Shown piece after piece: positions 23,854-37,900 of a DNA stretch of 64,000 bases; position 1 is the stretch's first letter; every line of letters starts with the position of its first letter. The notes under the pieces are model-generated. The model made no database searches. It saw only the letters and a program-made list of their open reading frames with translations, and was not told where the DNA came from. The stretch is from Dimorphilus gyrociliatus (taxonomy: Eukaryota > Animalia > Annelida). The position numbers and the translations under genes were made by a program. Location: assembly GCA_904063045.1 (NCBI GenBank), contig CAJFCJ010000020.1:1-64000 (forward strand), in the 5' to 3' direction.

Positions 23854-26783
23854 TTATGCGCTAGGATTTCGTTTATCTTCTTTATTGAACGATTTTCTAA
23901 TGATCTATTTTAAAAATAAAACAGCAAAGGAAGATGTAATTTGTTTGAATTTGACTTTTATGTTTAACTTACAATTGTTATAAAGAATTCAATAAATTCA
24001 ATTAAAGTTACTACAGATCCTCCAAGTAGCATTCCCATAAGACCTCCGATCTCTGATAGAAAAGAGAGATATTCGAACGTTTTAATCTGTATAATCTTTT
24101 GATAGGATAATTCTTGATAGAATATATCAACTTTAGCAAAGTTACGCCTATTTTTAAAATGAAAAATAATTAAATTAGTAGAGAGGGAAGGTATTTAAAT
24201 AACTTACAAAAAGAAATCGTCGTCAACAATCAACACCTTTTCAAAAGATTTCAATTCACTATTAACATCTAAAAATGTAGATATAGACGGTGATATTTTC
24301 TCTTTTAGTAATAACGTAATATTAGTTGCCTTAATATTAATGATTATTGACCAACGTAGGAAACAAGCTCCATATTGAAGTGATGTGAGATTACTGCTTG
24401 AACAACTAGTTAAATCAGTTTCAATTTGTTGTCCATAGACTTTGAAAAATTTTAATAGTTGCATTGAAGACGGTAAAGGTTGAAAAAACTTATTCCATTT
24501 TGATTTGTAGTTTGAATTGTAAGTATCATATATTTCAAAAGCTATATCTTGAAATTCTCGAAGTAAATTATCAATAAAAGTTAATGTATTACGTAATTCG
24601 TAGATTTTACTAAAAATTCTATCCTTATTAAGTATATCTATTAAATCTTTTTTCTTAGGTTGTTCAGTTAAAGTAGTACGTTCCATAAATTTCTTTAGAC
24701 TCTCGTGGAATAATATCAACTTGTCTACATCTTCAAATATTATCTTTAAAGATTTATTATATGATGCAACTTTATGAAGGTATTTATTGAGCTTATCGTA
24801 GATAGTATAAAGATTTTTCCTATTATCAATCTCGATGTCTAAATGACAATATTCATTTTTCAAATAATTAACCTCTAAGGTATTTAACTTTTCAAAAAAG
24901 TAGATAAAATAAACGGCTCCTTTTGAACGATCATCAATTGAATTGGCTTCATGAAGTAAGTTCAAAGTTTTCTTAAAATCTTCGTATAAATCGTTAATTT
25001 CTTTTAAATCCTTTTGACATTTTTTAATAATATTTTCAAGTATTTCGTCATTAAATTCCTTGGTGGCAAATTTTTGTATTGTCTTAGGATAATCCCTATA
25101 AGATATACTTAACATGTTCAATTCTTGAATGATTTCATCTTTACTTTTATATACTTCAGTTAAATTGATTAGGAAAGCGTCCAATAGAGTTACATTATCC
25201 ATATTTATGCAATCTAGTATTAGATTAGTATTGTTAGGTGTTTTTTCGAGGCAGGGAAGTAGATTTTTTATATTATTTACTATAGTTTGATTCAGAATAA
25301 GAAAACTTATGTAAAAAGCTGGTACTTTATAAATTTTCGACATAAAGTCTTTATATAATACAGAATTTTTAACTTTTATTAGTAATTCCAAGTTTTTGAC
25401 AATGAGAGTAATATCATTCCTTATCGATTGTTCAAAATCGTTGAATATGTTTGAATTCTTTGAGCTATTAAGAAACTCGCTTAATTCGCTAAATCCGGAT
25501 AAAAAGTTTTGAAATTTTCTTAAAAAAGGGGTAAAAATTTTGTCATTTCTTCTCCTTCTCGTATCGTCTAAGAATTCAGCGTATTCTAAAGTTGTACTCA
25601 AATTTTCTTCCAGATTCTTCCTTAGAGATTCGTTATGTAAAAAACCGTGCCCAGCGCTAAATCTTGATATTGAAGAAGACGATAAGGATGGTTCATAGAC
25701 AATTGAGAAACAGGGAGAAAAACATTTGCAATTAATTGCTTTTAAACTAAAATTTTTCATCTCTCGTTCAATGCAATCGAATTCTTGCCAAAATGAACAA
25801 TTTTGAGAAATATTCGAGTATCTTACACCGTTCATTTCGGCAAGAAAAGGAGTACATTGGCATTTCCGAAAAACCATTTGCATTCGACACGAATCAATGC
25901 ATTCTAAATGAGATTTAAAACGAGAACTTTGACAGTTTCCATGAGGAGGATTTAATTGATGAAATTCCGTTTTCTTAATACTTACAAGCGTATTCATTCC
26001 CGGGGCTACTAAGAAACCTAAATCAGATACAAGGGATTTAAAATGGTTATTATGGAGCAAAATTTTAAATCCAGGGTTGTTGTGATATCCAAAGACATGT
26101 TCGTAATGTTCTACATTAAGCCAGAGGGATAGTGCAGTCGCCCTTCCAGATTCTGTTACTTTGAAAGATTTATTATGTATTGTATAACAGACGCCGTAGT
26201 CAGTTATTGTTGTGGAAAATTGCTGAGTGCAGTCTATTTCACCCAGCCAACAACTATGTACAAAATCTTTGGCTTGATGAATCGCTCTATATTTTAATTT
26301 TTGAACATCCAAAGATGAATAATTTGCTGCTAAATTTTTTAAATATTTCGTCTTATTTTGCAGTTCAGTATTATAAAGCGTTTGAAAAAATGTGTAATAA
26401 CCAAATTCAGCGATTTTCGATAACCTTTAAGCAAAAACAACAAGTAACATGATATCTGCTTAGAACATTAAATAAACAAACCGAAATCTATTCTGGTTAC
26501 AGATTGTTACTGTAGGAAATTCCAGTTCATCTGCGTATATTACTTCGACATTAACGGCTGCTTCCTTTTTTCTAAAGTGGATACGTCTTAACGTAACTTG
26601 AAGAATAAAAAGTGTGAGTGCACAAAGTACAATCAAAATCCAAAAGATTTGCCTTGAATACGAAATATTCGTTTCAAAGATATTCTTTATTCCGTGAAAA
26701 GTTGTTCTATGAGTGAATTTTTCCCACTTTTTCTTAATTGATGACGTTTTCTTCAACGGGAAATTATTAATTTTATCATTCAT
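23854..26783 (-). CDS. DEG/ENaC channel paralog 3, 914 aa; exons 26482-26783, 24208-26424, 23973-24147, 23854-23904; about 486-aa knuckle segment; GGS filter
   Basis: RTTFHG, FPTVTICNQNRFR, CWLGEIDC, thumb cysteines, TM2 SEIGGLMGMLLGGSVVTLIE. Phases consistent (2745 nt). Confidence 0.93.
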
Positions 26784-28310
26784 ATTAAAGATTTTGAAGA
26801 GGTATTACTATATCATTTTCCTCTCACCCAAGCTATTTTTATAATAGTTGAAACATTCTATGGTGAATATTTTAATCAATAGAAACTTTTTTCATTATTG
26901 TATTCAATAAATTTGAATATATATACAGTATATATAAATTTATATATATATATATATACAGTATAAAGAGAATATATTAGTCACTGTAATCAATAACGTG
27001 GTATGTTTTTTTAACTATTAAAATCTATTGTAATTGAACAATTAACAATGAAAAAGAAGTTATTTTTATGATTATTTATTAAGATAAGTATTAGTTGAAC
27101 AAAGGCAAAGTGTTCAAAATAATTTGAATATTAATTTTTATTAATGAAAACCTTTACAATATACAATTGCAAAATGTTTTGATTAACAAAAGTGAGTGAA
27201 CTTGTTTTTGGTCTGAAATATTAATTCTATCAAATATTATTCATTCAAGCATTTTCGAAAGAAATGTAACTGAAATAAATGTGAGTTATTGTTGGTATGA
27301 TGTAAAAGTAATTTTTTTAAAGTTTATCCATTCTTAATTGTTATTTATTACAACTCTTTTGATGTACAGAATAGAGACGTTTTATGCATTCTTTATCTAT
27401 GACCCTAAAGTTATAAGACAATAGACTGTAAGTCCAATCGGCAAAACTTTATTATTATTTATTATTAAATACTGCACTTTACTACACAATACGAAATATG
27501 TAAATTAATTCAGCACCTTAAGGAGCAGCTATGAATTGTTTATGTTTGAATTATTGAAATGAAAGTGATAAATATCAATGCTTTATTATACATGAGTTAA
27601 TATTGTATACAGTATGTATTAAATGCAGAAATTTATTTGATATCTTAACAGTTTATTGCCATGATTGAATAGCTTTCCTATAAGATAAACATAACAATTA
27701 AAATGTCTCATTTTATTAGGGTTTCTTATGGATTTAGACACAAATTTCTCATGAAAAAATAAACTAGTATAATTGCTATACTCTATTGAATATATCATCA
27801 GTGAGTGTTCCCGTCGTAATGATTTTTAATTATTTAAATACGTATATTAACGATTTGTAGTGTTTTTCGTTGGCTTTTTATATCATTATATTAAAATTCC
27901 TCGGCAAAACTCTTTGTTTTGTTAACCGCTTCATTAAGTAATTCCATTATTAAAACATGAAAAAGTAAAGAGAGAAAGAGTGAGAGAGAATGACCGCTTA
28001 GGAAAAAGAAAAAGATTTAAAATATTAAAGTATTAGTTTTTGTGTTTGTTTGATACTATTTCCATGAAATAGTTAAATAAAATATTCTTGCTAACAAGAC
28101 TATAGATGTAACGTACATTAATAACTATAAAAATAGACTCCAGGTTATTCAGTATATTTTAAAAAGAAATAATGAGGATAACTTCATATGGTATTTCTTC
28201 AAAAACTGTTGTGTATAACAATGTTTATTAGTACAATTTCGAATGATAACTATCAGTGAAGCTGCGAATGATATAGATTCCTTCAAAGGCTTATACCTGT
28301 TCCATTTTTT

Positions 28311-31288
28311 TCAAGCATTCACACGATTCATATTGGAGAAAGAGTTAAATATCTACAAACAAATGTAAAATTATTATACAGAAGAATAGTTGATACTTTA
28401 ACACGTACTCTTAAAGCAAAATACTCTAAAAATTCGACAAGAGTTATAACCGACGCTCCGAGCAACAATCCCATAAAGCCACCAATTTCCGAGATAAAAG
28501 ATAAAAATTCAAACTTTTTGTGTTGAGTTATTCTCTGAAAGGCCATTTCTTTATAAAAGATATCAACTTGTAAAAAGTTCCTTCTGTTCAATAATGATGA
28601 TGAAATCTTGTCTTCGAAAAAACTCGTATATACTTACAAAAAGAAGTCTTCATCAACGTTTGATATCTTTTCAAATGATATCAATTGTTCTTCAACTTTA
28701 TAAAATTTAGAATTTATGCCACTTATCTTACCTTTTAAGGATATTGTCACATTTATAACAAGATCATTTAAAAGGCTCCCAATTTCATTGAAACATAATG
28801 ATAATTGTCTTAGTGTCAAAATCGAATCAGCATTACATTTAAGGGTTTTAAAATGAGAATTTTTAAAGAAAAGTATAAACTTGTAAAATTTCATATTAAC
28901 TGGTAGAGGCTCTACAAAGTTCTTCCATGATGGAGAAACTAAAACTTTAAATTGGGACAAAATATCAATAAAAAAATTTTTAAATTCAGTTTGGTAATCT
29001 TGAATAAGATTCAAAGTGTTTTTCACAGAGTTTATTTTATCTGGTATCTCCTCATTAATCATAATTGAACTAAGTTCTTTCTTTGTAATAGGTTCACTTA
29101 TTCGTCGTTTTAATAGAAAGGCTTTCATTTTTAAATTGAATTTCTTTATTTGTGATAAACTTTTCAGTATGCTACTCCAAGAATTCTTGTAAATTTGTAC
29201 CCTTCTCTTAAAGACATTTATGCGATTATATATTGAATGTATAGACTTTAAATAGTTTTCTAGATGATTTTTTGAAATGTAAAGTAAATTTAATAGGCAT
29301 TTGTCGTACAAGCCGACAGTTTTCAGTGTTTTCTTTACTTTTCTTACAAAAGATATGAAGCCCAATATTCCTTTGATATGAGTATCAGTCGTTTCATTAG
29401 ACTTTAACAAATTCAATGAACTTTCTAATATGTTGGAATAATGCAATAATCCATTTAGTTCAGTCCAGCATCCTCCCAGATATGATTTTAAAATATCTTG
29501 ATTAAAAGAGTCATCAAACATCATCGACAGTGAATCGTTGTAGGAGGAAATCTTATCTACTAATAGATAGGATGTTTGTAATATATTGTCTCTCCTTCCG
29601 TAAGTATATTTAACACCATATCTCAAGGAGAAAAGCAGCTGCTTCTTACTTAACTTCATACAGCTTAAAATATCCTCAGTAGCATTATAGGGTTCGTACA
29701 TGCAGCTACCTAAAATGGATGATATACTTTTATGGTATATTTTGATAAAGAATTGATTCTCAATGTAGACTACTTCCTTAAGTATTTTAGAAAAATTTGA
29801 CTGTAGATAATTAAACTCTTGAGATAGAAAAGCTCTAAAGAAAATTTCAGTTTGAATTTCTACATGCGTTAGGTCATGTTCGAATGTTTCAACATATTGC
29901 GTAAAGATTGCATCTGCCGAAGTAGAATTTTCTCTTTCGAAAAGATATATTAATGTTTCGAAATTGTAAAGAAACGTTGCAAATTCATCTAAAAATGGAT
30001 TAAAATATTGAATATTTTTCTCTCTTCTTGTTTCGTCTAACGTTTCTGCATTTTCAAGAGCTGTTCTCAATTCTTCGCCAATTGTTTCCCTTATTTTCTG
30101 ATGATTTAACAGTATTCTATGAGCGCTGAACTTGGACATTTTTGAGGAGGATAAGGATGGTTCGTAGGTGACTTGGAAACACGGTACGAAACAATCACAT
30201 TTTAGCTCCTTATAAGTCAATCTCATAATTTCGTCTTCGAAACAAAGAAAATGTTTACCAAATGAACAAGTTGATAGATTCGTTATAAATTCAGTATTTT
30301 GTGTACTGTATTTATGGTAAATAGCCATGGAAGATAAGCAATTGCATTTCTTCGTAGCGGCAACAACTTTACAATAGTCTACGCATTCCGCGTGAGAAGT
30401 GTATGTGGAATCTGTACAATGACCGTATGGAGAGCTTAAACTAAAAGACTCTTTTCTTTTTACACTCATCATTGTATACATTCCAGGTGCCAGGGCATAC
30501 CCTAAATCGGAAACAAGAGGTTTAGCATGATTATTGTGTAGATATATTTTCACTCCTGCTTCGTTATCAAGTCCAGGTATATATTCGTATTCTTCAATAT
30601 TCAAGATTAGGGATAAGGCATTCGCTCTTCCTGAATTTTTAATTGTAATGGATCTATTATTGAATGTGTAGCATATTCCTAAATCCGTTTTTGATTTAAA
30701 GAAGTCATTGAAGCAATCCTTTCCAGCCCATTTACAGGAATAAATAAGATTCCTTTGGTCGTGTCCTGCTCTATAATTGAGGAACCTCAATTCATGGAAT
30801 GATAGATTTCTTGTTAAATGTTCCATTATTTCGGTATTGTTTCGTTCAACAGAATCGTAGAAGTTTTTAATGAAAGAAAATAAACCAAGTTTAGCTATTT
30901 GCGTTAATCTGCGCAAAATATGATAATTTAAATATTAATTTATATTAGAAGAATATGCAACACACCTAAATCTATTCTGATTACAAATTGTCACCGATGG
31001 AAACTCCATTTGTTCTGAATGTAAGATTTCAAAATTTATTGATGATTCTTTACGACTGAAGGCAATTCCTCTAACGATAACTTGAAAGAAGAACAATCCA
31101 CATACAGTTAGAATCATTAGCGTCCAAAAGAGTCTTCTCTTGAGTGAATATTTTGATTGAAAAATGTTTTTTATTCCATGAAAAGTTGTGTCATTGGTGA
31201 ATTCTGACCATGGCTTGTTATTTATCCCTTGATGACCTATTTTTGAAGATACCAAATTTGCGTTGCTACTGGACTTTTTGTCAAACAT
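28311..31288 (-). CDS. DEG/ENaC channel paralog 2, 936 aa; exons 30966-31288, 28638-30908, 28409-28583, 28311-28352; about 499-aa knuckle segment
   Basis: DTTFHG, FPSVTICNQNRFR, CKWAGKDC, GVKIYLH, TM2 SEIGGFMGLLLGASVITLVE. Phases consistent (2811 nt). Confidence 0.93.
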
Positions 31289-32189
31289 ACCTAGAGAGTT
31301 AAACTAGCAGCAAAGCCTACACCGTAGAATGACAATAATATTTCTATATCTTAAAATATGCATTTGGAAGTTTTGGTTCATGGATTCTACAAATTCTGCC
31401 CTTTGTATATTTCACAGTTAACAGCAACTTTAAAGTTTTTGCTATAAGCTGCTAATAACAATCTGTGTATTTACAATAAATAATAAGTCTATCTCTCTCC
31501 GTATAGGTCTCATTCTCTGACATCTTCTTCACAGTAGAGTAACTAACGCCATCTATCGGGAAATGAAATAGAATTCTGTTGTAGAAAGAAAACTTTTAAA
31601 AGTCATAGTCAAGGTTATTATAAAAGAGAAAAAGGACAATAAATGTAATATGATCCAGATGAAGAGAAAACTAAAAATTGGACAATTCAGTAAGAAAACA
31701 GTGAAAGAATACTTTTTTTTATCTATTTTCTCCACGGAAAATATCTTAAATAATTCGAAATCCAATTTAATAATAGTTAATAATATTTAAATGATTTCTT
31801 AGGGTTATTCATAGCTTTTATAAAGTTTTATTAGTAATAAAAGCTTTCTTAAGAATGGTGATAATTAATTTTTATCTAATCTTGTTCTAGTTTATAGTAA
31901 TTTCGATTGTCAATTCATTCTCATTAGGGATAGAAGAGAGCTATTGATGATGAATAACTAAATTGCTTATGGCGTACTATTTTGAAAGGAGTGTTTTATT
32001 AAGGTGACGTTTTGTTAGTCTTGTTCATTTGTTTACTTTTTTTGTTATATGCATTTTATGTCGCATCCTGTTTTAGTTGAGTCAGCCATGTATAAATGTT
32101 TTAATGCTCTCTCTTTATGTTCATTTTTGAAGTAGATTCTTTACAATTTTCTAAATACAGTAATAAAAGTTCTGATAAATCTTTAAACT

Positions 32190-32720
32190 AACTATACTCA
32201 CAGACTTAAAAACTGCACTTTAACCGTAAAGTTCGCTTTAAATTCTATGATTCAATACTTTTTACATCAATCAAAGTATGCATTCCAGATGCAATAGCAA
32301 GACCTGAATCCAACATTAAACGTCTTGTGTAATCATTGTATAAAAACATCTTGACTCCAGCATCATTATCAGGACCAGGCATGTACGTATATTATTACAG
32401 ATTTAAAACCAAGCATAAAACGTTATTCATATCCATTCCTCATTGTTACTCAACAATATCATATTGTCATTAAGAATATGGTTGACTGTCCTGAAGTTAA
32501 ATTCTTTGTCTTAGCTTGTACAATTAAAGAACAATAGCGAAATTTCTTCATAAAATGTAATGAATCGAATATTCCCAGTATAATATACGTTGTTTATACA
32601 TTCTACAATCCATACTAACTGTTTAATGTTTTGTTTACCAGCGCAAAAGTAAGAACACCCTCAAGCTTCATTTGTATAGAATTACAATATCGCCGTGATT
32701 CTAAAGGAAAACAACGGAAG
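32190..32720 (-). pseudogene. Pseudogenised DEG/ENaC fragment, closest to paralog 1
   Basis: Minus strand gives LCLVLNL**YTYMPGPDNDAGVKMFLYNDYTRRLMLDSGLAIASGMHTLIDVKSIES*, versus paralog 1 LSIVLNIEQYEYMNGPDNDAGVKIFLHNDYTRPLMTDLGFAVASGTHTLVGVRRIESY. In-frame stops, no downstream exons found. Boundaries approximate. Confidence 0.85.
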
Positions 32721-34995
32721 TAAACTTTACTACTTTAGGGAATCAATCGTATTTATTTACGGTAATTTCTTTTAATTTGTTAATATCTTCGAGACATTCG
32801 GTCGTTCTTACTTAGTGTTTCTACATAATTTATCAACAAAAACTTTCTTACTGTCCTTTAAAATGATCTACTTCCGGTGCATTTGAACTGTCTTATTAAT
32901 AAGGAATAAGATTTTATCGATTCACTTATTTTACACATAGAAAAGACGAATAGAAAAAGTAAACTTTAAATTGTTTTAGTTACATATTTCTGTTACTAGA
33001 AAATAAAAATTGTTATGCCGACAGCGACGTCTACTTTCTTCCCAGCTAGTTAGTCACTTTATTGTTACTTAAAAAAATAAATTTAAAGTAGACGTCACTC
33101 TATTTCTTTTTTCTTTATAGGTTAAAGCTTTTTAGCCAAAATGGAAAGTTGATTAAATGCAATCTTCCAGTAGACAGCCTTAAAGTTACTATCTAGCTTT
33201 CAGAATGCCAAAATAGTGTTGCAGGCCTAGCAGAGAGGAATGCCTGTATAAATATACCCCCATGATCGGAATAAATAGTACATTGTGCATTTCTTCAGCT
33301 TTTGCATATGTAATACAAGTACAGTATATTTAAGGTATTAAATGCATGTAGAAGTAATTCAAAAATTAATTTACCCTAATTTCTACCTCTTTCCCCCTTT
33401 AAAGAGTTTTATTAATTACCTTCATTGAGTGATAATCCCATAATTCTCTTTTTTCACATCAACCGGTATTTTGTATTCCCGTCATAGCTTTCTGAGTCAT
33501 CACGAACTTTTATTTATTTCTTATAATTTGTAATAGTAATATTGAATTATTGAATAATCAAACGTTTTAAAAATTACATAATTAATGTTATAAACGCTGC
33601 ATATAGAACAGACTTGCTAGTTTCCTTTTTGCTTTTATTTGATTATCATATAAATTTATTTCTTCTCTTCAATTGAAGATTTTTTATTTTCCGCTTTTAA
33701 TGAAATTCGTTAATTAATTTATTTAAGGAGAAAACTTGAACAGCCATTTTAAACAGAGAGCTATCCAAGTAAACATGTTTACAAAAATATTCTAAATATA
33801 GAACTCTTTTACTTGAAATATTTACACGTAATATATATTTTATATAAATGTTAGCTATAAATTAAGGCATCATTTAGAGATAACCTAAAATACAACGTTG
33901 TTATAAATTGATTAATTGTTTTTAAAACATGTTTTGCTATCAATCTATCATCTTTCAAGTAAGCACTAGATTAGTTAGTGAAAATTGACTGTGATTTCAT
34001 TAATCAAGTGTGTATTCAATAGATTCTAAATTTGATACAATTATAACAAAATATATAGATTTATACAAAAAAGTATAAGGTTAACATATAATAGAGTTTT
34101 GTGAGCAACAAAATTAGAAGATAACACTTCAAATACTAAAACTAAAGAATAGACTTTACATAATCTGTTTACTTGTCTTTGTTTTACCTTAAACAATGAC
34201 AAATACTTTATAGCTTTTAAAATACAAATATTATTATATTAGTATATTTAACTGCTTTCATACCATATATAAAGGTGTTTTATTCTTTAAAATTAGTTAA
34301 ACTTTTTAGACTTGCCACAGAGTTTGATCCTTCGCTATGAAACAACTTCATTATTGCCTATAGGTGAGAGAAAATTAACATTAGAAGTATACAGATATAA
34401 TGTATATAGTATATGTAGCTATTGTCTGTTTCACGAGAGAGTGTTTCGTAAAAGAGACATCTTATAAAGGGTCTTTTTTATTGGATTGACTAATTCACAT
34501 CGGATCATCTAATAAGAAATATTCTCTAGGACACATTGATTTATATGAACTGCTTTTGTTGGAAATCTAATCCATAACTGTTGAGAATATAAATAATATT
34601 CTCTTGTTTTTTAGCATTTCCTTGCAAACCACACATGTTGAATAAATAAAGATGGAGCTATTTAATTTCTTACACTACTCGAAAACGCCAAAATTTTCGT
34701 GCAGCTTGAACGTGATAACCACAACTAAAAACGGTTTAAATGCTGACTATTATGGACGGCATATTTTAAAGAAAAACTATTTCATCTGAAACATCTAATT
34801 TCACCTGATAAATAATTAATCGTTTCTGAATGAAGATAAGAGCATATCGGTTATTGCTAATTTTCAAAAAGAGTACTCATAAATTGTCCTTTCCTATAAA
34901 GTAGTTTTCTATGAAATGATATGAAAAACAGTCAATCCTGTAAATCCCTTACTATTTTTCAAGATGGTCCAGACGTATGTTTAAGTATTACTAAC

Positions 34996-37900
34996 CCTAA
35001 CAACAAAGTATTCAAGCAATTCTATAATAGTAAGGACTGAAGCTCCTAGCAACAAGCCCATAAATCCACCAATTTCAGAAATTAAAGATAGGAATTCGAA
35101 TTTTTCCAGTTGTTGAATCTTTTGATAACTTAGTTCTTTATAATAGATGTCGACTTTAGCAAAATTTCGGCTGTTTTAAAGAATAATAATAATTATTTAT
35201 TAAATGGAAGACTGACTTTTTTAAATGAGAATGTTCAAAACTTACAAAAAGAAATCTCCATCAACTTTCAATAATTTTCTGTAAGCATAAATTTCATCTT
35301 TTAAATTTTCTGCACTTTTATCCATATTATAGCCATATTTTGAAACTTCACGAAGGGCATTTTGCCATTCTTTCTGATATATAGTTGAAATAACATCAAC
35401 GCACCCTTCGTAATTGTTTAAAGTCCATGTTATATTGATACAATTCAATTTATTCAATTTATCATTCTCATATTGAAGAGTATAGTTTGGAAATAATAAG
35501 GATAGAGGAGACGTTTTATTACCTTCGCGATTCACGATAGGAAAAGGCCAAGTTACTAACTCGTTAAGTTTACGTTCAATATGTCTTAGAGATGAAACTG
35601 TTGTTTTAAAAGAGGCTTCAAAGTTCGTTGATAAAGTTGATACATATTGGTCAGCTAAGGCAATTTCATTCAAATCTCTATCCATTGTTGTTGATGATAG
35701 TTTCTCATATATCGATTCTTTAGTTAAATTGGCAGAATAATTATCTAATTTCAAATATTCCGTCATCATCGTATTCAATTCATTTATTCTCTCAACTTTT
35801 TTTTTCGTATTATTGATATATTTTTCAACCTCGCGATTATAAACTTTATATTCTCCATATGCTTTCTCAAAACCAATTATCATACCTTTCATGCCAAGCT
35901 TTTCCTCCCAAAAGTCATCATCGGCGAAGAAAAAGCATAAATCCTCCAAAGGTTCTACAAACTGGGGTATTTTTTTCAGACCTTCATACAAGTTTACTAC
36001 TTCTTCTTTTTTCTGTGCCAAACTGACGTTTGCCCCAAGAACACTTATTGAGCTGGCTACTTTATTCCTTACAACTGTAATACGATTTAAAACTGGTAGA
36101 CATTTCTTATTAATGCCTCTCATCGAATCATCCGTTAAATTTTTGCCAAATATCTTCATAATCTCTTCTTTAAAAGGAACTTCAATATCCAATATTCCAC
36201 TAAGAGATTTTAGAAAATCGTCGCCTATGAATAAATCCCAATATTTCTTTCGAGGAGAACCCGGACCTTGTGGGCCTTTTGGTCCTAATTTATTAAAATT
36301 ACTTTTAATATCATCGCAGTTCCACAAAGCGTTCGAATTGTTTCCATTCCTAATAAAACATGTTTCAATATCTTTTAGAGCTTGCAGACTTTTGTCATCT
36401 TTAGATACATAAAAGACATCAGGGATATTCTTTTCTAAATCTTTTTCAACTGGCTCAAGATCGTCTTCGAGGCTACTCATTTTGTTTGTAGAGGAGAAGC
36501 GGTAGGCTTTTTGAATATTCATCATCGTTATACTTAAATCTTCTTTAACTATTTCCCATAACTCCATCATATTTGGAATAACGGCCGCTTTATAATTACT
36601 AGTGTCAGTTAATAAAGTATTAAGCGTGTCTATAGCTGCTAAAAATTGATCTGTTGCAGTTGAAAATGAACTCATAAACAAACGATTATTTGCTCTTTTT
36701 TCCTCTACAAATATTTCTCCCGTTTCTAATGCTTCCTTTAAAGACTTTTTAAGTTTCTGCAAAGTGTCCGTATCGCCAAGAGTAACTTTATCAGCACTTA
36801 GCTGGGAAATCTTTGAATAAGAGAGAGAAGGCTCATAAACAATTTGGGCACAAGGGACCAGACAAGAGCACAGATTCTTATTCTTTTTCACTTTTGCCAA
36901 TTCTCTTGTCACACATATTAAATTTTCTTTTATTTTACAAATTCCTGTGGTATTGCTTACAGTTAAAATTGACGAAGCCTCATAGGGTATACACTTACAC
37001 CTTTCACTTACAACTCTCATTCTACAATGATCAACACATTCTGCATGAGATTTGAAATTAGAATGTATACAATTTCCGTAAGGTGCGTCTAAACTGTAAG
37101 ATTCAATTCTTCTTACACCCACGAGAGTATGGGTACCAGATGCTACAGCAAAACCCAAATCCGTCATTAGAGGTCTGGTGTAATCATTGTGTAAAAAGAT
37201 TTTTACTCCAGCATCATTATCCGGACCATTCATATACTCGTATTGTTCAATATTTAAAACTATCGACAGAGCATTAGCCGTTCCTGATTCGCTTACTGTT
37301 AGTAGCTCACTCTGATTTTTGGACCTTATAGAATTAAAGGTATAACAAATTCCATATTCAGTTATAGTTTCGATAATTTGGTCGCTAGTACAATTTCGCC
37401 CGGCCCATTCACATGAATAAATCAGATCAGATTTTTGATGGCCAGCTGTTTTAAAAATTGTTTTGGTATCAATGGAGAATCCTCTCGGAATCATTAACGA
37501 CGATTTCTTGCGATTTTGCAAAGTATAAAAATTTTGTATAAATTTATAGAGGCCCATATGTGAAGTTTTTGTTATCCTGAAGGTAAAAAAATGAGAAAAT
37601 TAATAAGTTAATTATTACTAATGTTCAATCGCGTAAATTGCTCTAAGTATTTTTTTTTCTATACGGTTTTTTGTTTATTCTCAACATCCCTTCATACATT
37701 ATTAACGAGATAATAAAGAATGCTTTTTTCTATGCCGACTAAGTACATATTTATCCGTAAGGGTCGGCATTTTTTTTTTGAATATGTAATAGTATGTAAT
37801 ATTACAAAACAGTCATAAAAAGTTATAGACCCTTTTTGAAAGAAAATCTACTTTTAATGATCTTAGTTAAAAGGTAATAATTAGTGATTATAGAATAATG

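Noticed and set aside
35891-36412. 173-aa plus-strand ORF
   Set aside because: Antisense to ENaC paralog 1 exon 2; composition typical of a shadow ORF.
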